The notes under the pieces are model-generated. The model was not told the origin of the DNA. It saw only the letters and a list, made by a program, of their open reading frames with translations, and made no database searches. Positions 1 to 7,956 of a stretch of 32,000 bases of DNA are shown here, piece by piece. Origin of the DNA: Promethearchaeota archaeon (GTDB lineage: Archaea > Asgardarchaeota > Lokiarchaeia > Sigyniarchaeales > Promethearchaeaceae). Numbering within the stretch: the first letter of the stretch is position 1; every line of letters starts with the position of its first letter. Position numbers and translations under genes: made by a program. The DNA is taken from assembly GCA_016933055.1 (NCBI GenBank), contig JAFGBS010000028.1, positions 1 to 32,000 of the forward strand. The letters are read 5' to 3'.

Positions 1-123
1 AAATTGACAGAACTTCTTACTATATACCCCCTATTCACCTAACGTAACATTTTTGGGTATCACGGAATAGAATTCAACTAATTCAATCAAAAGTCTTTTA
101 TCTAAAACAAAAATTTACACTTT

Positions 124-858
124 ATGCAATTCGTGAAAGGAAACAGGATTACCATCTTAAAATCTATTTTCATAGGATTTTCTATTATTATTTTTAGTAT
201 TGTGGTTCTTTTTCTAATTGCTATGCTATATTATCCAGGTGGTAATTTTGTCAATGATGAAGTGAGTAACGGATATAGCCTACTATATAATGGAATGTGC
301 GATATGCGGGATGGAATTGCCATAAATGGAGAACCAAACCTAATTTCATGCATACTCTTAAAAATTGCTACCATGGGAATTTGTATAGCAATGACTTTCT
401 TCTTTGGAACTTTATGGATTTTTTTTCAAAATAAGACTTCAATGAAATATTTGAGTTGGATCGCTTCCATGTTTGGTATTTTTTTCGGTCCTTTGAATAT
501 CATGATTATATTCTCACATTCAACTTTTGAACTTCATATGTTGTTCAATATTCTTGCAACTTTATCGTTGAACATAGCCGTTGTTTTATATACAATCCTC
601 TATTTCATCAATCCGCAACTACCAAATCTAAATCGATTCTCTTTCTTAGCGCTATCGATTTGTGCTGTTTCATATTGTATCTTAGTAGGGATTATTGCAG
701 GAATAGGAGGTGTTTTTAATATGATTACTCACAGATTAGGTAGCAATTTACTCTATGCGATAACCATGATCGTTTTCATGATCCAAGGAGTGAGTATAAT
801 TTTTTATTTGAAGCAAATTGGAAACATAATAACAACTAATAGAATGAGGAACGAATAA
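124..858 (+). CDS. Multi-pass membrane protein of unknown function (about 6 TM, possibly DUF998-like)
   Basis: 244-aa ORF with repeated hydrophobic segments. YYPGGN and H-containing helices are reminiscent of DUF998-type proteins. It ends 3 nt before the next gene, so it is probably co-transcribed. Confidence 0.65.
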   Translation: MQFVKGNRITILKSIFIGFSIIIFSIVVLFLIAMLYYPGGNFVNDEVSNGYSLLYNGMCDMRDGIAINGEPNLISCILLKIATMGICIAMTFFFGTLWIFFQNKTSMKYLSWIASMFGIFFGPLNIMIIFSHSTFELHMLFNILATLSLNIAVVLYTILYFINPQLPNLNRFSFLALSICAVSYCILVGIIAGIGGVFNMITHRLGSNLLYAITMIVFMIQGVSIIFYLKQIGNIITTNRMRNE

Positions 859-861
859 TTT

Positions 862-2811
862 ATGACTCAAAACACTCCTTTACTTGAATGGCCATATAAT
901 TTAAAATGGAATACTCAAACAGAACTAACTACAGACGTTTTAATATTAGGTGGAGGAATCGCTGGCTGCTGGGCAGCAATTTCAGCTGCGAAGAAGGGAG
1001 CTAAAGTCACTCTTGTTGAGAAAGGAGCAACAATAAGGAGCGGTGCTGGTGGATCGGGATGTGATCATTGGGAAAATGCAGCAACTAATCCATGTTCACA
1101 AGTAACTCCTGAAGAACTCACTTTAGCCATGATTGAAGATCATAATGGATATAATAATGGAATTTCCCATTATATAGAATGCAAAGAAGGATATGACAGA
1201 TTATTAGATATGGAACAAATGGGAGGAAAAATAAGAGATACAGAGGATGAGTTTAAAGGAGCTGATTTTAGGGATGATCAAACCCAATTTTTGTTTGCCT
1301 ATGATTATGAAAATAGATATATCCTCCGAGTCTGGGGAACTTCCTTTAAACCGGCTCTCTATAAAGAGTGTAAGCGTTTAGGTGTGCAAATTTTTGATAG
1401 AACGATGGCTACAAGTTTATTATCAGAGAAAGGTGAGCAAGGAGCGAAAATTAATGGGGCTACAGCGGTAAATGGGCGAACGGGTGAATTTATCGTTTTT
1501 CAATCTAAAGCTACCATATTATGTATGGCTCGCCCATCAAGAATATGGCTTTTTTCTCCAGGATTTCCTGGCATATCTGAATTCCGCCCTCTCCAGTGTA
1601 TGGGAGACGGGCATGCAATGGGTTGGAGAGCCGGAGTGGAATTTACAATGATGGAGAAATCTCTACAAGCATTATGGTCAGGAGAACAGAGTTTTCCCCC
1701 TTATGGAACAGGAAATACTCATAATACATGGTATGCTTGCTCTTTGGTGGATGCAAATGGTAGAGAAATTCCATGGGTTGATAGAGATGGTAAGATTTTG
1801 ACTGATGTTGCCCAACGTTATAGACCTGCTCCTGGTCAAAAACTTTTCTTAAAAGGAGGGGGAGAAACGGATTTTCACTTATACAAATTTTTAGGTCCTG
1901 ATACCATCTCTGTTGAAAAGCTCTTGAAGCAAGGATATGAACTCCCATTTTATGCGGACCTTTCTAGCATGCCAGAATTCGAACGAAAAGCAATTTGGGG
2001 ATTAATGGTAGGTGAAGAAGGAAAATCTAAAATTCCAATATTAGAGAATTATAAGAGCCAAGGATTTAACCCAGAAAAGGATTTACTTCAAAGCTATGGA
2101 GACGCATGGACCTCCAGTTCTTTTACACCAAGAGAAAGACAGTTATTTGGAGTTCCGGGAGGAATTGTTAATGATTGGCAATTAAAAACAAATCTGGATG
2201 GTCTTTATGCAGCGGGTGATCAATTATTTGCATCTGATTGTAATGGTCATGCTGCTGCTACTGGTCATTATGCGGGGCGGCATGCTGCAGATTATGCCAA
2301 AAGAAACGGTAAAGTTGAAATAAAACATGAACAAGTACAAACGGAAATAGAACGAATAAATTCTCTGTTATCGAAAGATAAAGGAATTGGATGGAAAGAA
2401 TTTAACTTACACATCACAAGGATAATGAAGAACTATTGCGGAGCTGTAAAAAGTGAAAAACTTTTAAAAATTGGATTACACCAGTTGGAACAGATGGAAG
2501 CAAAGGAAGCTCCACTGTTGTTTGCGCGAAATCCGCATGAATTGATTCGTTCCTTAGAAGTATTGAATATACTTAGTAATGCAATTTTAATAATCCATTC
2601 TTGTCTAGCTCGCAAAGCAAGTTCTAAACAATTACATTTCAAGCGATCAGATTATCCAGAAATGGACCCTCCTAAATGGCATAAATTTATTACATTGAGA
2701 CTTAAGAACAATCAGGTAAAAATTAGTGAGAACCCTATTGATTACTACGGATCTCTTCCTGAGAACTACAAAATCCATAATGATGAATACATTAATAACG
2801 GAGGTAGTTAA
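862..2811 (+). CDS. FAD-dependent oxidoreductase of the SdhA/FrdA/AprA flavoprotein superfamily (AprA-like)
   Basis: N-terminal DVLILGGGIAG Rossmann motif, SGAGGSGCDH, GDGHAMGWRAG, GLYAAGD, and a C-terminal helical domain with ARKAS..LHFKRSDYPE. An AprB-like ferredoxin follows directly. Confidence 0.85.
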   Translation: MTQNTPLLEWPYNLKWNTQTELTTDVLILGGGIAGCWAAISAAKKGAKVTLVEKGATIRSGAGGSGCDHWENAATNPCSQVTPEELTLAMIEDHNGYNNGISHYIECKEGYDRLLDMEQMGGKIRDTEDEFKGADFRDDQTQFLFAYDYENRYILRVWGTSFKPALYKECKRLGVQIFDRTMATSLLSEKGEQGAKINGATAVNGRTGEFIVFQSKATILCMARPSRIWLFSPGFPGISEFRPLQCMGDGHAMGWRAGVEFTMMEKSLQALWSGEQSFPPYGTGNTHNTWYACSLVDANGREIPWVDRDGKILTDVAQRYRPAPGQKLFLKGGGETDFHLYKFLGPDTISVEKLLKQGYELPFYADLSSMPEFERKAIWGLMVGEEGKSKIPILENYKSQGFNPEKDLLQSYGDAWTSSSFTPRERQLFGVPGGIVNDWQLKTNLDGLYAAGDQLFASDCNGHAAATGHYAGRHAADYAKRNGKVEIKHEQVQTEIERINSLLSKDKGIGWKEFNLHITRIMKNYCGAVKSEKLLKIGLHQLEQMEAKEAPLLFARNPHELIRSLEVLNILSNAILIIHSCLARKASSKQLHFKRSDYPEMDPPKWHKFITLRLKNNQVKISENPIDYYGSLPENYKIHNDEYINNGGS

Positions 2812-3089
2812 AGATTAAAAAATTATACGTAGTTCCTGAAGCTGGAATATCCAATCCCATAACAATAAATCCCGATCTTTGCATTGGATGTAACAGATGC
2901 ATGGAAGTATGTCAAGTTGACTTATTTATCCCTAATCCAAATAAAGGAGCTCCTCCCATTGTTCTTTATCCGGGAGAATGCTGGTACTGCGGTTGTTGCG
3001 TAGATGAGTGTCCAATTCCAGGAGCTATACAATTGAATCCCCCATTAATGAATCGGGTTCATTGGAAATCCAAAAATGAATTGGAATGA
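2811..3089 (+). CDS. 2x[4Fe-4S] dicluster ferredoxin (AprB-like); start codon uncertain
   Basis: The frame is open from 2808 (after TAG at 2805-2807) and reads KIKKLYVVPEAGISNPITINPDL-CIGCNRCMEVCQ...CWYCGCCVDECP. The ORF-track start at 2901 lies inside the first Cys motif. GGAGGT is at 2800-2805. Confidence 0.85.
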   Translation, partial: KIKKLYVVPEAGISNPITINPDLCIGCNRCMEVCQVDLFIPNPNKGAPPIVLYPGECWYCGCCVDECPIPGAIQLNPPLMNRVHWKSKNELE

Positions 3090-3101
3090 TGTAAAACATC
3101 T

Positions 3102-3776
3102 TTAATTATTATTGTAGGTATCTAACAATTGGAGAACTTCTTCACTGTTTTCGTCTTTCCAATATTTGTATGCGTCAGCAACCGCGAAGGACTTCCCAGC
3201 TCTGATATCAAGGCATATTATTCTCAGATTTATATCAGAAGATTCGTTTGCCAACTGCTCAAAATGTTGAACTGTTCGCGCATGTGCTGTGGGAACCGCA
3301 ACTGTGATTCTGTTTGGATTTCTCTTTACAATGCTCATAATTGCTGTTTTCATCGTAATACCGCTAGCTAAACCATCATCAATCAAAAAAATCTCCTTAT
3401 TTTTAAGATTAGCTGGTAAAAGGTGTTTTTCAAATACTTCTGCTCTTTTTTTCAATTCTTGAAGTGCTTTTTCCGTTTGTTTTTCTATTGCATTTTGGTT
3501 TATGTATCCCGTTTGGATGAAAATTTGATTATAGATAGTATCCCCATCAATTGTTACTGCACCGAATCCTGCTTCCGTTGTCCAAGGAAATTGGATTTTT
3601 CGAGCAAGATAAACGTAAACTCTATTGATATTCAAACTCTCTGCCAATGATATAGCAATGGGGACTCCACCGTTCGGTATTGCACATATTATCATATCAG
3701 ATAGAGGTTTGGTTTCCTTTGTAAATAGAGAGGATAGTTTTCGACCTGCATCTGTTCGATCTGTAAATGGATACAT
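3102..3776 (-). CDS. Type I phosphoribosyltransferase-like protein
   Basis: FTDRTDAGRKL start, AIPNGGVP, LARKI...EAGFGAV, PRPP-binding LIDDGLASGITM, and VAVP, all typical of the small uncharacterised PRTase family. Confidence 0.9.
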   Translation of the reverse strand: MYPFTDRTDAGRKLSSLFTKETKPLSDMIICAIPNGGVPIAISLAESLNINRVYVYLARKIQFPWTTEAGFGAVTIDGDTIYNQIFIQTGYINQNAIEKQTEKALQELKKRAEVFEKHLLPANLKNKEIFLIDDGLASGITMKTAIMSIVKRNPNRITVAVPTAHARTVQHFEQLANESSDINLRIICLDIRAGKSFAVADAYKYWKDENSEEVLQLLDTYNNN

Positions 3777-3847
3777 CTAAGGTATAGTTTAAATTTGGTA
3801 TTTAAAATCTATCGACTAATTTTCCAAATATCATCAAAGAGATATTT

Positions 3848-3869
3848 TCGTGAAAGCACACTTTCACGA
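3848..3869. promoter_or_regulatory. Perfect inverted repeat TCGTGAAAG-caca-CTTTCACGA; candidate operator or recombination site
   Basis: 9-bp arms with a 4-nt spacer in the divergent intergenic region between the PRTase and the TA operon. Confidence 0.45.
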
Positions 3870-4016
3870 TCTTACATATATACCATAATGATACCCTCAT
3901 GTTCCCTTAGTAGTACGAAAACGAAGTAGTAGTAGAAATAAAATATGATTAATGGAAAATTTCTGATGAGTATTTATAGATATGTATATATATTTGTTAA
4001 TATGTATAATTCTGTG

Positions 4017-4259
4017 ATGACTCAATCAAAACTAAAACAAAAAACAAAAAATGTTACTACAACCATAAAAGAAGACGATTATAAATTTCTAAAAAAAAAT
4101 AATCTACAAGTTTCTTCAGCTCTATCGATTGGTGTACAGACATTGAGGAATATATATGAAACTGGACAAGTTAAAATAAATTCCGAAGACATTAAACTAG
4201 TAAGAGAATTAATGGATGAAAATAGGAATGTACTAAAGCGATTGGGAGAATCTGACTGA
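4017..4259 (+). CDS. Putative antitoxin with ribbon-helix-helix-like N-terminus
   Basis: About 80 aa from ATG 4017, with a TATA-like tract about 25-35 nt upstream, so the ORF-track start at 3945 is less likely. NVTTTIKEDDYKFLK..LQVSSAL fits RHH. The C-terminal RELMDENRNVLKRLGE resembles Doc-neutralising helices. It lies 4 nt upstream of the toxin. Confidence 0.65.
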   Translation: MTQSKLKQKTKNVTTTIKEDDYKFLKKNNLQVSSALSIGVQTLRNIYETGQVKINSEDIKLVRELMDENRNVLKRLGESD

Positions 4260-4263
4260 AAGT

Positions 4264-4653
4264 ATGTGGTTCCCTGATCTTCAATTCATTTTGGGTACAT
4301 TCACACTATTAAAAGAACTCCCAGAGTGTTCTGACCTTATCAAAGACAAATGTGTTAATCCAAATGGTTTGAACGGAACTCTTGATAAAGTTAAGTTTGG
4401 ATTACCATTTAAAAAATCGACATATATCGAAAAAGCATCAATTTTAATCCATGATATTGTTCTGTATCATTATTTTACAGATGGTAATAAGCGTATTGGT
4501 TTCTTAAGTATGGTAATTTTTCTGAAGAAAAACGGTAAAATAATTTCAGCATCAGAAGATGAAAAAGTAGAATTCACACTTGAAATCGCAAGGGGTAAAT
4601 CGTCGTTAGAAGATATTTCTAGTTGGATATTTGGTCACCTAAATATTGAATGA
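4264..4653 (+). CDS. doc: Fic/Doc-family toxin (death-on-curing type)
   Basis: 129 aa with HYFTDGNKRIG, matching the Doc motif HxFxDGNKR, preceded by EKASILIHDIV. Confidence 0.9.
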   Translation: MWFPDLQFILGTFTLLKELPECSDLIKDKCVNPNGLNGTLDKVKFGLPFKKSTYIEKASILIHDIVLYHYFTDGNKRIGFLSMVIFLKKNGKIISASEDEKVEFTLEIARGKSSLEDISSWIFGHLNIE

Positions 4654-4707
4654 ACTTTAAACATCCACTATCTTTCATGAAATCAATATATTTTTGGGGT
4701 TCATTTG

Positions 4708-4976
4708 CAATGGGTGCCATTTTATAACCTACTTGATAGTAATCTTTTTCTAGTGTCCGATTCCGGTTTGATTACTCAACATCTGTGGAGTGGTAGAGAC
4801 GGAGTCTATAGGGTACTAGGCACTCCTACGGTAGATCCACGGCATCCCATTGAAAAATATGCCGTGGGTATACCGTAGATAAACTTAGTGCACGTTATTC
4901 CCGCCGTAAAAAACGACTAAGCGTAAAGTGGTGATAGATTCAGGCTATTTTGATCCTTGGATTTTTCTTAGGATCA
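4708..4976 (+). ncRNA. Candidate structured non-coding RNA or element, family not recognised
   Basis: 4741-4920 is 44% GC by hand count within AT-rich intergenic DNA. Four consecutive stems (4750-4819, 4826-4878, 4884-4921, 4951-4976) with seven G-U pairs on the + strand. No plausible ORF seen. Confidence 0.55.
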
Positions 4977-5032
4977 TTTGTACGCACAAAATGCTTCCCT
5001 AAGATCTTAAATCAATTCTTTCATGAAAAGAT

Positions 5033-5051
5033 CTCTATCATTGTGATAGAG
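5033..5051 (-). terminator. Inverted repeat CTCTATCA-ttg-TGATAGAG; possible terminator of the permease gene
   Basis: Perfect 8-bp arms about 40 nt downstream of the stop at 5093, followed by ATCTTTT on the - strand. Confidence 0.3.
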
Positions 5052-5092
5052 TGAAATTCAGACTCGACTATTTGTCATAATTCTCATATAAC

Positions 5093-6388
5093 TCAAGATA
5101 GAATTAGGGCATACAACATCGTATATCCTAATATAGCGAGAAAATGAAAGGTTGAAAACATCGCTCCAGTTTTCAATAATCGTTTATAATTTAAGTTCTT
5201 CACGCCAAATTTTTTTGCCATTGAAAGAGTTAGGAGATCGCATGCGGAACCTTGAGGTAAAAAGTTGCCTGCCATATTTACACCCCCAATAAACGCAATA
5301 ATAATTGGATTTGGAAAAGGACTAACTTTAATCAATTCTGAGAAAATTGGTAAAAGAATTATTGTAACAGGAGTACCGGCAAGAAAAGCAGACATAAAAG
5401 AGGAAATTACTAAAGTTATTAACACGGTGAGATAAATGTTATTATTCGTCACATTAGACAAAATTGAGGAAATTAATGTTGAAAATCCGAAATAGGATAA
5501 CGAATTAGATAGAATAAATAAAATGGCGAAAACTATTATTAATTTCCATGGGATCTCATTTTGAAGATCAGAAAAATCGAACTCTTTAATATGAACAATT
5601 AGAAGGAGAGCTGCGGCGATTACCGAAACGAGTGAGGGTTCAAATCCAATTATCATGAACAAAAATGTAATCAACATAATTACAGACGTCAGTATAAAGT
5701 TCTTCTTATTTTCTATCACTATTTCTGGATGCCCAAGTTCTAAAAGGAGCTTTTTGTTTCTTTCAGTAGGTCTTTCTTCTTTTCTTAAGATAAAAAAATC
5801 CAAGGAAAAAATTGTAAGAATTAAAGTAATCAAAAAGAGTATTCCCATATTAGAAAAATATTCATTAAATCCCCATCCAAACTCTTGCCCAATTATCAGA
5901 TTTTTTAAACTTGACACAGGGGTTAGAATTGCTCCTATATTTATTGTAATGGTCATCCCCATCATATATGTACCTGCTGGTATCTTTAAAATTCGGCATG
6001 TTCGATATATTAAAGGAATCAAGATTAAGGAAAGTGTTAAATCTTCGATAAATGCGACAACTATGCCCGTAAAAATACAGATCATATAGAAAAATAGCCG
6101 ATTATTTCCTTTCGTGATGTGGATTAATTTTATTGCAACATACTCTAAAACCTTGTCAGTTGTCGCAAAATTGATAATTATCTGCATTGCAAAAATAAAA
6201 ATTAAGGTGTTAAAATTAATAAATCCAAGAATTTCAATTTCATCGAGATTGTAAATACGAACCATAGACACTACAGCTATCGCTCCAATAATCAAAGCGA
6301 TTGGGAAATAATCGATTTTACTTTGTGAAAAGAAACCCATCAGTATTCCAAATAACACTAAGATTAGGATTATAGCTGATAAATCCAT
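5093..6388 (-). CDS. ArsB/NhaD/SLC13-type (ion transporter superfamily) permease
   Basis: 431 aa, highly hydrophobic. NIGAILTPVSSLKNLII and NMAGNFLPQGSACDLL hairpin motifs of the IT superfamily. Confidence 0.85.
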   Translation of the reverse strand: MDLSAIILILVLFGILMGFFSQSKIDYFPIALIIGAIAVVSMVRIYNLDEIEILGFINFNTLIFIFAMQIIINFATTDKVLEYVAIKLIHITKGNNRLFFYMICIFTGIVVAFIEDLTLSLILIPLIYRTCRILKIPAGTYMMGMTITINIGAILTPVSSLKNLIIGQEFGWGFNEYFSNMGILFLITLILTIFSLDFFILRKEERPTERNKKLLLELGHPEIVIENKKNFILTSVIMLITFLFMIIGFEPSLVSVIAAALLLIVHIKEFDFSDLQNEIPWKLIIVFAILFILSNSLSYFGFSTLISSILSNVTNNNIYLTVLITLVISSFMSAFLAGTPVTIILLPIFSELIKVSPFPNPIIIAFIGGVNMAGNFLPQGSACDLLTLSMAKKFGVKNLNYKRLLKTGAMFSTFHFLAILGYTMLYALILS

Positions 6389-6862
6389 TTTAGTAAATGT
6401 ATGATTATTCTTTTAAAAAGTGTCCGCCCACCCTTATTTTTTCTTTACTAGGTGCGAAAATTCAATCTGTCCAGTCATATTTTATTTTTCTAATAACTTT
6501 GCATGAATTTATTTCAAGTATGTAAATTATTTGATTATTATCTTAACGACATCAACGAATCAGAACAAGAAATTAGCCTTTCTTCTCTTTCGAACTATTT
6601 TTGCAAGCCTATAACACTACTAAGTTTAAAATTTCCGTATAATCGATGGTATGTGAGTCTGTTTTACCCTATTTAGACTTGTCTATTGTTTCCAGATGTT
6701 GATGTAATGCGAGAGACAAGAAAACCGAATCGAGAAAATTTCTGTTAATGTGATAAAACTTATACAATACACAAGATGAAAACGAAAAAAAAATTACGGA
6801 GTATTTATGGAAAAAGAGTGAGAATAGTTATTGTTTTATTGTGTTCTGATAGTTTAAGGTAT

Positions 6863-6958
6863 TTAATCTTTGATTCTACTGAGAAAAACCCGTATCAAAT
6901 TGCCCACTAAAGCCATCATCGCAATAATTACACCAATCGCAATTATGATTTGAAGCAT
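6863..6958 (-). CDS. Small single-pass membrane peptide (31 aa), absent from the ORF track
   Basis: ATG 6958 to TAA 6863 encodes MLQIIIAIGVIIAMMALVGNLIRVFLSRIKD, one TM helix plus a basic tail. GAGTGA RBS-like sequence upstream. Confidence 0.5.
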   Translation of the reverse strand: MLQIIIAIGVIIAMMALVGNLIRVFLSRIKD

Positions 6959-7157
6959 TCACATCACTCTCTTTTTTTCAAGTACATGCTATAAAAAACA
7001 AAGAGAGTACTTTAGTGATGTAGCACCCAGAATTTCGTATAAAAACTGGTCTATTAATACTATAAGGAAAAAAAGATATAATGTATAAGATAATAGAATG
7101 TATGCTTGTCCCAAACGTCAGTTAGAGATAACCTCCATCAACTAATGCCAATATCTG

Positions 7158-7427
7158 TTAATCTTTATACTTATATTTCTTAAGATCCACCGTTTTGAGA
7201 TCTTCTTCTTTTAATTTGTCTGAATCAAAATCTGACCATATTTGATCCATATTGTAATTTTCAGCACAATCATCACATATCAGGATATAATCGTCCCCAT
7301 CTCTATAAGTAAATTCTCGACCACATACGCGACATTGGTAGACTTCATCGTCTTCATCCTCAAAATCTTCATCTTCGTATTCTTCTTCCCCATCTTCATC
7401 GATGGGTACCTTCTTTTTCATATTCAT
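7158..7427 (-). CDS. Small acidic zinc-finger protein
   Basis: D/E-rich N-terminus, then CRVC-x15-CDDC. Confidence 0.7.
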   Translation of the reverse strand: MNMKKKVPIDEDGEEEYEDEDFEDEDDEVYQCRVCGREFTYRDGDDYILICDDCAENYNMDQIWSDFDSDKLKEEDLKTVDLKKYKYKD

Positions 7428-7567
7428 GTAATCTCACCGAATTATTTTTTTATTAATATCAGAAACAATAATCGTAATTTCACTTTTAACCATTTCTAAA
7501 AGCAAAGTGCAAAAATGAAAAAAAAGATAGATGGGAAACTATAGGGGATGAGGAAGATGATATATAT

Positions 7568-7903
7568 TTACTTCTTTCCAATTATCCACAAAATTGAAGC
7601 AATAATAACTAAAGCTCCCCCGACATGCCAGTAGGTAAGAACAAGACCTAAAATACCCAAAATTAGAAGTAACCAACCATTATAGCGCAGTCCTTTCATC
7701 CTCTTAAAAGCATCACACGAGATCAATACCAAAAATCCAATTAAGATTGCTATGAGTGCAAAATACCAATCCACCAAAAAAAAGGCTAGATTCTGAATTG
7801 AAATTACTTTAAAACTCACTAAAATACCAAGAATTCCCTCAATAATGATAAATATACCACCAATAAAAGCAAGAGTTTTTGTAAAGGATCTTTTTTTTGC
7901 CAT
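7568..7903 (-). CDS. Small membrane protein (about 4 TM), unknown function
   Basis: 111 aa, hydrophobic segments with basic N- and C-termini. Confidence 0.7.
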   Translation of the reverse strand: MAKKRSFTKTLAFIGGIFIIIEGILGILVSFKVISIQNLAFFLVDWYFALIAILIGFLVLISCDAFKRMKGLRYNGWLLLILGILGLVLTYWHVGGALVIIASILWIIGKK

Positions 7904-7956
7904 ATATCATCATTTTATAATCAGTAGAATTAGTTAAAAAAAATTCCTTTTGAGTC

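Noticed and set aside
862-3089. Evidence of dissimilatory sulfate reduction (bona fide aprAB)
   Set aside because: Only superfamily-level similarity is visible and there is no sat, qmo or dsr context, so gene symbols were withheld.
3945-4016. Longer antitoxin start from the ORF track
   Set aside because: The extra 24 codons are an AT-rich, TATA-like promoter tract.
4708-4976. RNase P RNA, SRP RNA, 5S rRNA, an intron-containing tRNA or an IscB/TnpB omega-RNA
   Set aside because: The conserved signatures of these RNAs were not found on either strand by eye, and no nuclease or transposase ORF is adjacent. A formal Rfam search is still needed.
5032-5052. Resemblance of TCTCTATCATTGTGATAGAGT to the Tn10 tetO operator
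   Set aside because: The spacer is 2 nt longer than tetO, no tetR or tetA is nearby, and its position downstream of a gene fits a terminator or chance.
4654-5092. Integron attC site following the TA cassette
   Set aside because: No convincing RYYYAAC...GTTRRRY ends bounding a single hairpin, no integrase and no cassette array.
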